Assembly: GCA_028871195.1 (NCBI GenBank)
Contig: JAGWNT010000005.1
Span: 947-64,946 of the forward strand
Source: Rhodospirillales bacterium
GTDB taxonomy: Bacteria; Pseudomonadota; Alphaproteobacteria; Acetobacterales; Acetobacteraceae
DNA length: 64,000 bases
Reading direction: 5' to 3'
Shown here in pieces: positions 8,832 through 17,169 of the stretch. The notes under the pieces are model-generated. The model made no database searches, was not told where the DNA came from, and saw only the letters and a list, made by a program, of their open reading frames with translations. The first letter of the stretch is position 1. Each line of letters opens with the position of its first letter. The translations under genes were made by a program, and so were the position numbers.

Positions 8832-9941
8832 ATGCCCGACTCGCATGATCTGGCGGTGATCGGCGGCGGTCTGGTTGGCAGCGCCATCGCTTGGGGTGCC
8901 GCGCGCCTGGGCGCCGATGTGGCGTTGCTCGATGAGGGTGACGTCGCGTTTCGCGCGGCCCGCGGCAATTTCGGACTGGTGTGGGTGCAGAGCAAGGGCG
9001 ATGGCCTGCCGCCCTATGCGAACTGGACCCGCCGGTCCGCTGCGCTGTGGCCGGATCTGGCCGCCGAGCTATCCTCCATGACCGGCACCGACGTCGCCCT
9101 CCGGCAACCGGGCGGATTGCATTTCTGCCTGAGCGAACAGGAAGTCGAACAGCGGGCGGCAATGATCTCGCGCATGCACAATGCAACGGGCGATATCGGG
9201 ACGCGGCTGCTGGACCGGGGTGACGTCCGCGCGATGGTGCCGGGCCTGGGCCCGCAGGTGCAGGGTGCCGCGTACTGCCCGAAGGACGGGCATGCCAACC
9301 CGCTGCTGCTCCTGCGCGCATTGCAGGCAGGGTTCCGGCGTCATCGCGGGCGCTATCTGCCAGGCGCGCGCATTGAACGAATCACGCCGCGCGGCGCGGA
9401 TTTCGCCATCGAGTTGGGCACCACGCACATCGTCGTTCGGCGCATCGTCATCGCGGCCGGCCTGGGCAGCGCGACATTGGCGCCGCTCGTCGGATTGTCG
9501 ATGCCGGTGCGGCCGGTGCGGGGGCAGATCATGGTGACGGAGCGGCTGCGGCCACTGCTCGACTGGCCGACCGCGCAGATCCGGCAGACCGTCGAAGGAT
9601 CCATCATGATCGGCGACAGCCACGAGGATGTCGGCTTCGATGAGGGCACGTCGGCCACCGAAATGCAGCGTATCGCCGCCCGCGCGCTGGCGACATTCCC
9701 GGCACTCGGCCAGGCCCAGATCGTGAGGCACTGGGGCGCGCTGCGGGTCATGACGCAGGACGGGGCGCCGATCTACGAGCAGTCAGGCCAATACCCCGGC
9801 GCCTTTGCGGCGACCTGCCATAGCGGGGTGACGCTGGCGGGAAGCCATGCGCTGGCCCTCGCACCCGCCATCCTGGACGGGATGCTGCCTGATGAGCTCC
9901 GGGCTTTCACAAGCGAGCGGTTCCATGTTCCGACGGTTTGA
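8832..9941 (+). CDS. FAD-dependent oxidoreductase, beta-type subunit (HcnC / D-hydroxyproline dehydrogenase beta / opine dehydrogenase beta-like)
   Basis: MPDSHDLAVIGGGLVGSAIAWGAARLG places the dinucleotide fold at the N-terminus. It is divergent from the SDR gene with only a 50-bp spacer. Confidence 0.85.
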   Translation: MPDSHDLAVIGGGLVGSAIAWGAARLGADVALLDEGDVAFRAARGNFGLVWVQSKGDGLPPYANWTRRSAALWPDLAAELSSMTGTDVALRQPGGLHFCLSEQEVEQRAAMISRMHNATGDIGTRLLDRGDVRAMVPGLGPQVQGAAYCPKDGHANPLLLLRALQAGFRRHRGRYLPGARIERITPRGADFAIELGTTHIVVRRIVIAAGLGSATLAPLVGLSMPVRPVRGQIMVTERLRPLLDWPTAQIRQTVEGSIMIGDSHEDVGFDEGTSATEMQRIAARALATFPALGQAQIVRHWGALRVMTQDGAPIYEQSGQYPGAFAATCHSGVTLAGSHALALAPAILDGMLPDELRAFTSERFHVPTV

Positions 9942-10215
9942 CAAGGACGACACCCCGCTGGAGTTCTTCTTCGAAGGACGGAGGGTGACCGCTCGCCTCG
10001 GCGATACGGTGGCCGCGGCGCTGCTGGCCGGCGGGGCCGGGCCGTTTCGCCTCACGCCGGCTTCCAGGGCGCCGCGGGCTCCCTATTGCCTGATGGGTCT
10101 CTGCTTCGACTGTCTCGTGGAAATCGACGGTGTGGCCAACAGGCAGGCCTGCATGGTTCCGGTGGCGAGCGGAATGCGCGTGCGGCGCCAGCCCGGGCCG
10201 CCGAGCGTGGCGTGA
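9925..10215 (+). CDS. (2Fe-2S)-binding small subunit (HcnA-like, gamma type)
   Basis: MFRRFDKDDTPLEFFFEGRRV... with the motif YCLMGLCFDCLVEIDG...RQACM. It overlaps the beta-gene end by 17 nt. Confidence 0.8.
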   Translation: MFRRFDKDDTPLEFFFEGRRVTARLGDTVAAALLAGGAGPFRLTPASRAPRAPYCLMGLCFDCLVEIDGVANRQACMVPVASGMRVRRQPGPPSVA

Positions 10216-11606
10216 CGGCGCGCTGGGATGCAATCGTGATCGGCGCAGGCCCGGCCGGCATGTCCGGGGCATGCCTGCTCGCGGAACATGGTGCGCAAAT
10301 CCTGGTGCTGGACGAGCAGCCTGCCCCTGGAGGGCAGATCTATCGCGCGGTGGAGCGGGTCGCGACCCAAGGCCGGACAGCACTGGATCGGCTTGGTGGC
10401 GAGTACGCCGCTGGCGTGGCGCTGGCGGCGCGCTTTCGGGCGAGCGGGTGTGCGTATTGGCCAGGCAGCACGGTGTGGCAGGTGACGCCGGAGCGGTCGG
10501 TCTGGGTCAGCCGCAACGGCCGGTCCGTGCACCTTCGGGCCGATGTGATCCTGCTCGCCACGGGCGCGATGGAGCGGCCGGTGCCGGTGCCGGGCTGGAC
10601 CTTGCCGGGCGTGATGACCGTGGGGGCGGTGCAGATTCTGCTGAAATCCGCCGCACTTTTGCCTTCGGTGCCGTTCGTCCTCGCAGGCAGCGGGCCATTG
10701 CCGCTGCTCGTCGCGCAGCAATGCCTGGCCGCCGGAGCGCGGCCGGCGGCATTCCTCGACACCGGGTCGCCGTCGAACATGTTCGCCGCGATGCGCCATC
10801 TGCCCGGAGCGCTCGGCCTGCCCGCGCGGCGAATGCTTGCGAAGGGGCTGGCGCTGCGCGCGGCCTTGCGGCGCAGCGGGGTCAGGGTGTTTCGCAACGT
10901 GCGGGACATGCGCATCGAAGGAGACCATGCGGCGGAAGCGATTCGCTTCCGCTCCGGGCGTGCGGAGCATCGCGTCGAGGCGCAACTCGTCGCCCTGCAT
11001 GACGGCGTCATCCCTTCGCAGCAGATCACCCGTCTGGTCGGGTGCGCCCATGTGTGGGATGCCCGCCAGCGATGCTTCCGGCCCCAGCTCGACGATTGGG
11101 GCAACAGCTCCGTCGAGGGCGTGATGGTGGCCGGCGATGCCGCCGGAATCGGCGGTGCTGCTTCGGCGGCATTGGCCGGGCGTTTGGCGGCTTTCGAAGC
11201 CTTGCGCCTGCTCGGACGAATCGACGCGGCGCAACGCGACAAATGGGCCGCGGCGGATCGCCGGGCGATGCGGGCCGAACGGGCGGTGCGGCCATTGCTG
11301 GAGCGGATGTTTCCGCCTCGGCCGGAAATTCTTTGCCCTGCCGATGATGTGGTGGTGTGCCGCTGCGAGGAGGTCACCGCCGGCGCGCTGCGACAGGCGG
11401 TTGCTCAGGGATGCCAGGGCCCGAACCAGGCGAAAAGCTTCCTCCGCTGCGGCATGGGCCCTTGTCAGGGACGGCTATGCGGGCCCGTGGTGACGGAGGT
11501 GATCGCGGCGGCGCGCGGACAGACGATCGAGGAAACAGGGTATTTCCGCATCCGCCCACCATTGAAGCCCGTGACGTTGGGAGAGATCGCCCTGCTCGAA
11601 ACGTGA
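10212..11606 (+). CDS. NAD(P)/FAD-dependent oxidoreductase, alpha-type subunit (OoxA/HcnB-like) with a BFD-like [2Fe-2S] motif
   Basis: A GTG start at 10212 forms a GTGA overlap with the gamma stop. Motifs are AIVIGAGPAGMSGACLLA and C-terminal CRCEEVTAGALRQAV...GMGPCQGRLC. It is a paralog of 6399-7775 (shared WTLPGV block). Confidence 0.85.
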   Translation: MTARWDAIVIGAGPAGMSGACLLAEHGAQILVLDEQPAPGGQIYRAVERVATQGRTALDRLGGEYAAGVALAARFRASGCAYWPGSTVWQVTPERSVWVSRNGRSVHLRADVILLATGAMERPVPVPGWTLPGVMTVGAVQILLKSAALLPSVPFVLAGSGPLPLLVAQQCLAAGARPAAFLDTGSPSNMFAAMRHLPGALGLPARRMLAKGLALRAALRRSGVRVFRNVRDMRIEGDHAAEAIRFRSGRAEHRVEAQLVALHDGVIPSQQITRLVGCAHVWDARQRCFRPQLDDWGNSSVEGVMVAGDAAGIGGAASAALAGRLAAFEALRLLGRIDAAQRDKWAAADRRAMRAERAVRPLLERMFPPRPEILCPADDVVVCRCEEVTAGALRQAVAQGCQGPNQAKSFLRCGMGPCQGRLCGPVVTEVIAAARGQTIEETGYFRIRPPLKPVTLGEIALLET

Positions 11607-11637
11607 TTGGCCGCCCGCACTCACGGCGCGCGCGGCG

Positions 11638-12360
11638 TCATCCTCGCAATTCCTCCTGATGCGCCTTCACCATCTCGCCCAGGCTGCTGAACCGGAAATC
11701 GTATGCCGCTCCTTCCGGCGGGGCCATCGTGGCGCCCCAGCCGGCACGGTCGTGCCGGCGGTCAATCCAGGCGCGGGCGAGGCCGAATTGTTGCGCCGGG
11801 GCGTGGTCGTGGAACAGGCTCTGGGCGGTGTGCAGGATATCGCGGCTCGTGTAGCCCAGGGCGCCCAGATGATCGAGCATGTAGCGGAAATTGGCCGGGT
11901 TCGGCTTGTAGCTGCCAATGTCCTGCGCGGTGTAGATGGCATCGAACGCGACGCCGAGGCGCTTATTGCTACCCTTGAAGCTTTCGCGATCAACGTTGGA
12001 AAGAATGACGAGCTTGTAGTGCCTCTTGAGGTACTGCAACGCCGATGCAGTGTCCGCGAAGGCCGGCCAATCCGGTACCGACGCGCCAAAAGTGGCATCC
12101 TCCGCCGACGTGGTCGCAACCTGCCATTGCGCGGCCAGGCGGCGATGCACTTCGGCGAGCAGCGCCGAATAGATCATGCCCGGTGTCTCTGCCTCCTGCG
12201 CCGATTCATGCTGGGCAAAATGTTCCAGTACGGTGTCGCGCGGCAGGGTACTGCCACTGCGCGCGAGAAGCGGCTGCAGGGCGGCATGAATGCCGCTTTC
12301 CCAGTCGATCAGGGTGCCGTAGCAATCGAAGGTCAGAACGCGGAAGTCAGTGAGCTTCAT
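11638..12360 (-). CDS. HAD-superfamily hydrolase, haloacid dehalogenase type II-like
   Basis: 240 aa. The N-terminal nucleophile motif is LTFDCYGTLIDWE. It overlaps the upstream aminotransferase stop by 14 nt. Confidence 0.8.
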   Translation of the reverse strand: MKLTDFRVLTFDCYGTLIDWESGIHAALQPLLARSGSTLPRDTVLEHFAQHESAQEAETPGMIYSALLAEVHRRLAAQWQVATTSAEDATFGASVPDWPAFADTASALQYLKRHYKLVILSNVDRESFKGSNKRLGVAFDAIYTAQDIGSYKPNPANFRYMLDHLGALGYTSRDILHTAQSLFHDHAPAQQFGLARAWIDRRHDRAGWGATMAPPEGAAYDFRFSSLGEMVKAHQEELRG

Positions 12361-13722
12361 GGCGGATCTCCGAGTGTTGCAGCGCGGCGTCGAGGGTTTT
12401 CCCGAGACGTTCGATCAGAATGTCGATCTCGGCCTCGGTGCAGCATAGGGGGGGAGCGAGTCCGATCACGTCATCGGCGAAGGCGCGGAAGATGAGGCCC
12501 TGGCGATAACCCTCGGCTGCGAGAAATTCGTGCAGGCGCAGCGCGGTCGGGGGTTTGCGTTTCGTGACCTTGTCCACCACCAGTTCCAGCCCGGCCAGCA
12601 TGCCGCGGCCGCGCACCTCGCCAACCAGCGGATGGTCCAGAAGGCTCTGCAACCGGCGCTGGAAATACGCACCCACCTCCTGTCCGTTGGCGAGGATACC
12701 CCCCTCCTCGTAGAGGCGGATCACCTCGAGCGCCACCGCGGCGCTGACCGGGTGGGCGGAGTAGGTGTAGCCGTGGCCGAGCGGCGTTCCCGCAGGCGTG
12801 CCATCGGCAATGACCTGATAGATCGGGTCGGACACCATCACCGCCCCCATCGGGGCATAGCCTGACGTGAGGCCCTTCGCCATCGTCATGAAATCGGGCA
12901 CCACCGCCTCGTCCTCGCAGGCGAACATCGGGCCGGTGCGGCCGAAGCCCGTGATCACCTCGTCGGCCACGAACAGGATGCCGAGGCGGCGGCATTCCGC
13001 GCGCATCGCCGCGAGCCAGCCCGCCGGCGGCACGATGATGCCGCCTGAGCCCTGGATCGGCTCGCAGAAGAAGGCGGCCACGTTGTCCGCGCCCAGCGCC
13101 TCCACCTTGGCGCGAAGTGCGGCGACGGAGGCGGCGATCTGCGCCTCTGGATCGCGCAACTCGTTGCGGTAGGGATAGACGCTGGGAATATGGTGCTGCA
13201 ACCCGGTCGGCAGATCGAAACCGCGATGGAAGGCGGCCAGGGCGGTACGCCGGCACCGGTGGAGGAGGAGCCGTGATAGCCCCGTTCCAGGGCGATGATG
13301 TGCCGCTTCGTCGGCTCGCCGCGCATGTTGAAATAGAAGCGGATCAGACGCAGCGTGGTGTCCACCGCATCCGATCCGCCGAGCGTGAAGAACACGTGGT
13401 CGAGATCACCGGGTGCAAGTGCGGCGAGCTTGGCGGCGAGCAGGATTGCCGGCTCGGAGCCATAGTGGAAATAGCTGGTGGCGTAGGGCAGCCGGCGCAT
13501 CTGCTCGGTCGCGGCGCGCACGACGCTCTCCTGCCCGTAACCGATATTGACGCACCACAGGCCGGAGAAGCCATCGAGCAGCGTCTTCCCCTCGATGTCG
13601 GTCAGCATGGCCCCTTGCCCGGAGCTGAGGATGGTGACGCCGCGCGCCTCGTGACCGCGCAGCGAAACGACGGGATGGATCAGATGGTCGTGGTCAAGCA
13701 ACTGCAATGAATTCGCGGGCAC
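12347..13722 (-). pseudogene. Class-III (omega) aminotransferase interrupted by a 1-nt frameshift near 13247-13248
   Basis: The N-terminal half (GTG at 13722, AGGAGG RBS) reads ...ALERGYHGSSSTGAG. The continuation TALAAFHRGFDLPTGLQHHIPSVYPYR...FVADEVITGFGRTG...MAKGLTSGY is in the -1 frame. On the minus strand GCC GGC GT- ACC GCC lacks one base. This is either a true pseudogene or a sequencing error. Confidence 0.8.
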
Positions 13723-13935
13723 GGCTTATCCCTCCTGCACGGATTGCCAGCATGACGCGGCGCGCGCGCCATGGGATGGCAAATTTGGTTGCACGGCACA
13801 TTCTCGCGCGGCACTCGCCCCATCCGGCGCTGCATCCTGCCGAATTTGTAGGCCCTCACTCATCCGTGGCGTTTTGCAATCGACAGCGAGGACCCCGCGG
13901 GTAAGATCGGATCGCGCTCGTCCAAAGGGATTTCC

Positions 13936-14901
13936 ATGAACCGATCGACCGCCGCCGGGCCGGACATCCTGCTGGTGAAATCCGGCGGCCCGGCCTCGCT
14001 GCCGGAGTGGCAGGATGCGTTTGGTGCGCTGCTGCCCGGCCTGCGTGTTTTGTGGTGGGACGATGCCGCCGTCGTGCCCGAGGCCGTCGCCTATGCTCTC
14101 GTGTGGGAGCCGACGCCGGGGCGCCTCGCGCAATTCCCCAATCTGCGGATCATCTTCAGCTCGGCTGCCGGTGTGGACCACATCGTCAGCGACCCCACCC
14201 TGCCGGCCCGCGTGCCGATCGTGCGGATGGCCAGCGACGAGACGGCGCAGACCGTCGCCGAGTTCGTCTGTCTCGGCGCCCTGGCACTGCTGCGCGACCT
14301 GCCGCGGATGATTGCGGCGCAGGCGGCGCGGCGCTGGGATTCGTTCGACGCCGCCCGCACCGCGCCGCAGACGCGGGTGAGCATTCTCGGCATGGGCAAT
14401 CTCGGCACGCGCGCCGCCCGGATGTTGCGCGGCCTCGGCTTTCAAGTGAGCGGGTGGGGACGCACGGCCCGTATCGTCGATGGCATGGCGGTCACGGCCG
14501 GTGACGACGAACTGGCGCGATTGATGGCACGAACGGACATACTGGTTGGCCTGCTGCCCGACACGCCGATGACGCGCGGGCTCATCTGCGCGCACCGCAT
14601 CGCCTGGCTGCCGGCCGGCGCCGGACTGGTCAATGCAGGCCGTGGCTCGCTGGTGGTGATGGATGATCTGCTGGCCGCCCTCGACAGCGGCCAGCTTGGC
14701 GGCGCGGTGCTGGATGTGTTCGAGGCTGAGCCGCTGCCGCCGAGCGCGCCGGCATGGCGGCATCCGCGCATCCTCGCAACCTCGCATGTCGCCGGCTTCG
14801 CGTCGCGGCGCGCGCGGGCGGCCTATGTCGCGGGCGTCATTGCCGGCTTTGCGCGGGGCGAGCGCCCGGCGCATCTGTATCAGCCGGCGCGCGGCTACTG
14901 A
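13936..14901 (+). CDS. D-isomer-specific 2-hydroxyacid dehydrogenase (glyoxylate/hydroxypyruvate reductase A-like)
   Basis: 321 aa. The NAD fold is VSILGMGNLGTRAARML, with LVNAGRG and C-terminal ILATSHVAG. An AAAGGGA RBS precedes the ATG. Confidence 0.85.
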   Translation: MNRSTAAGPDILLVKSGGPASLPEWQDAFGALLPGLRVLWWDDAAVVPEAVAYALVWEPTPGRLAQFPNLRIIFSSAAGVDHIVSDPTLPARVPIVRMASDETAQTVAEFVCLGALALLRDLPRMIAAQAARRWDSFDAARTAPQTRVSILGMGNLGTRAARMLRGLGFQVSGWGRTARIVDGMAVTAGDDELARLMARTDILVGLLPDTPMTRGLICAHRIAWLPAGAGLVNAGRGSLVVMDDLLAALDSGQLGGAVLDVFEAEPLPPSAPAWRHPRILATSHVAGFASRRARAAYVAGVIAGFARGERPAHLYQPARGY

Positions 14902-14920
14902 CCGCCGCGACACGTGCCGC

Positions 14921-16297
14921 TCAGAAGGCACCAGGGGGCTCGATCGGAGAGCCATCCACCAGGCGGGCGTAGCGGAATGGGCGCGGGTCAACTGCCGGGC
15001 GGTCGCCGGCGATCAGGTCTGCCGCGAGCTGGCCGGCGGCCGGGCCGATACCAAATCCGTGCCCGCTGAAACCCGCGGCCAGGTGCAGCCCCGGCAGCCC
15101 GTCCACGGCGGAGATCACCGGCACCATGTCCGGCGTGCTGTCGATCCACCCTGCCCAGATCTGGGCAATTTCGATATCGCCGAGGCCGGGGTAGCAGGCG
15201 CGCATCTCCGCCAGCGTCGCGGCGATCGCCGAGAGATTGGGCGCGGGATCGAGCACGCGCATTCGTTCAAATGGTGAAACGGCGTCGAGCTGCCAGTTGG
15301 CCAGCGCTTCCGGGCCTTCCAGGAACGAGCGGCCGAGGCGGATATGCAGCGCCTTGCGGCGCGCCCGGAAGCTCGGCCAGAACTGCCGCGCGTACCGCAG
15401 ACCCTGGGGGGTGATATCAAGCTGGGCCGCGGCCGGCATGGAGACGGTGTAGCCGCCATCCAGCCGGCGGGTCAGCGAGAAGCGCGGGCTGTAGAAGCCC
15501 CCCGCGACCACATCGCGCGCCGGCCGCGTGCGAAACACCGTGGAGCGTACGCCGGCCTGCGGAAAGGCGATGCCGTGCCGGCGGCAGAACATCGATGCCC
15601 ACGCCCCCCCGGCGCACAACACCGTGGCCGTGCGGATCGTGCCCCTCTCGGTGACTACGCCGCTGACGGCGCCGGCCATGCGCTCAACCCCGCGCGCGGC
15701 GCAGCGCTGGTGAAGCGTGACGCCCAGGCGGCGGGCCGCGCGCGCCAGGGCAGGGGCCGCGCGCGATGGGTCGGCGACGCCGTCGGTTGGCGAGTGCACG
15801 CCGCCGATCCACGCCCCGGTGCTGCCGGCCGCCAGCGCGCGCGCCTCGGCCGCGCCGAGCATCCGTGTGTCCACCTGCTGCTGGCGCGCAAAGGCGCCCC
15901 AGCGCTCCCACTGCGCCATATCCGCCGGATCGGTGGTGACATAGATCAGCCCGCACCGGCGAAAGCCGAGATCGTCACCGATTTCGCTTTGCAGGCCGCC
16001 CCACAGACCGAGGCTCTGGCGGGCAAGGGGCAGTTCGCGCGCATCGCGGTTCTGCTGCCGGCACCAACCCCAGTTGCGGCTCGACTGCTCGGCGCCGATC
16101 TGGCCCTTCTCGACCAGGGCGACGCCGTAGCCCTTCTTCGCCAGGTAATAGGCCGCCGAGACGCCGATGATTCCGCCGCCGATGACGACGATGTCGGCCT
16201 GCGCGGGCAAATGCTCGTCATCGGGCACCGCTTCGAGCGGCGGCCGGGTGCCGGAATGCCGCAGGAGGGAGGCCGGATCGAGAGGGATCGCGTTCAT
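14921..16297 (-). CDS. FAD-dependent oxidoreductase, DAO family (OrdL/DadA-like)
   Basis: 458 aa with IVVIGGGIIGVSAAYYLAKKG...EQSSRNWGWCR and GFSGHGFGIGPAAG. By eye it is roughly half identical to 3961-5289. Confidence 0.85.
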   Translation of the reverse strand: MNAIPLDPASLLRHSGTRPPLEAVPDDEHLPAQADIVVIGGGIIGVSAAYYLAKKGYGVALVEKGQIGAEQSSRNWGWCRQQNRDARELPLARQSLGLWGGLQSEIGDDLGFRRCGLIYVTTDPADMAQWERWGAFARQQQVDTRMLGAAEARALAAGSTGAWIGGVHSPTDGVADPSRAAPALARAARRLGVTLHQRCAARGVERMAGAVSGVVTERGTIRTATVLCAGGAWASMFCRRHGIAFPQAGVRSTVFRTRPARDVVAGGFYSPRFSLTRRLDGGYTVSMPAAAQLDITPQGLRYARQFWPSFRARRKALHIRLGRSFLEGPEALANWQLDAVSPFERMRVLDPAPNLSAIAATLAEMRACYPGLGDIEIAQIWAGWIDSTPDMVPVISAVDGLPGLHLAAGFSGHGFGIGPAAGQLAADLIAGDRPAVDPRPFRYARLVDGSPIEPPGAF

Positions 16298-16303
16298 GCT
16301 GAC

Positions 16304-17158
16304 CTAGCCTATCCCCTGGTTGACGAGGGCGAACCGGTGCGCAGCACCGCCACGCGCCGGCCAGTCGCCACGGATCATCGTGGTCACGGTGCCGACGCGG
16401 GACAGGCCGGCGCCGTTCAGCCATCCGGCCAGTTCGGCCCACTCATCGGCGATGTCGATGCGCAGGAACCCGGTGGCGAGGCACGCCCCGATCAGGCTGA
16501 TGGCGTCGCGCTCATTGGCCGCGACGACCGGGCCGACGGCCTGGCCGAGCCCGAACCGCCGGCGTATGGCAAAACCTGTTATCTGCCCTGCCTTCTCGAC
16601 GAGATGGCATACCCCGTCGCGGAACAGCTGGGCGAGCGCGCTGGCACGCGGCGCACCGAATGCCTGGGCGTCGAGGGCGATGAGGGCGGCATGGTCAGCC
16701 GGTTGCGCCCGGCGCGTCTCGGCCCGAGACGGCGGCGGCGCGCGCAACACGCCCTGGTGCTGGGCCACGACGCCGACGGGACGAAACCCGAGCTTGCGAT
16801 AAAGTGCCAGCCCCGCATCGGTGGCGTTGAGCATCAGCCCGCGGGGCCCGATATGCCGCAGGCCCGCCTGCATCAGCGCGCGCCCGACCCCCCTGCCCTG
16901 CCAATCCGCCCGCACCAGCACCATGCCGAGCGAGCTTGCCGTGCTGCCGAACTCCCACCACAGGGCGGTGCCGATCAGCACGCCCGCTTCCGTGGTTGCG
17001 GCAACCCCATCCCCGAGCTGGCGCATGACCCGCCAATCCTCAAGCCGGTGCGGCCAATCGACGGCGGCCGACAGCCGCCGCGCCGCGGCCAGATCGCTCT
17101 GGCGCAGAGGGCGCAGCAGCGGAAGTTCTGGCCGCAGCGTGGTCAGTCCTGCGCTCAT
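16304..17158 (-). CDS. GNAT-family N-acetyltransferase (two-domain, YitH-like)
   Basis: The acetyl-CoA motif is WQGRGVGRALMQ followed by LYRKLGF. The start is at 17158 (MSAGLTTL...) or 17185. A 6-nt gap separates it from the downstream gene. Confidence 0.75.
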   Translation of the reverse strand: MSAGLTTLRPELPLLRPLRQSDLAAARRLSAAVDWPHRLEDWRVMRQLGDGVAATTEAGVLIGTALWWEFGSTASSLGMVLVRADWQGRGVGRALMQAGLRHIGPRGLMLNATDAGLALYRKLGFRPVGVVAQHQGVLRAPPPSRAETRRAQPADHAALIALDAQAFGAPRASALAQLFRDGVCHLVEKAGQITGFAIRRRFGLGQAVGPVVAANERDAISLIGACLATGFLRIDIADEWAELAGWLNGAGLSRVGTVTTMIRGDWPARGGAAHRFALVNQGIG

Positions 17159-17169
17159 CGTACGTGATA

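Noticed and set aside
6399-9321. N-terminal extensions in the ORF track (6399-8138 as 579 aa, 8041-9321 as 426 aa). The same pattern applies to 25147-28215, 47834-49288, 47962-50394, 49965-51830, 51041-52780, 52552-53694, 53735-55915 and 55767-57725.
   Set aside because: The extensions overlap the preceding genes, are Arg/Pro-rich, and end exactly where a canonical N-terminus with an ATGA or GTGA coupled start begins. The shorter starts were used.
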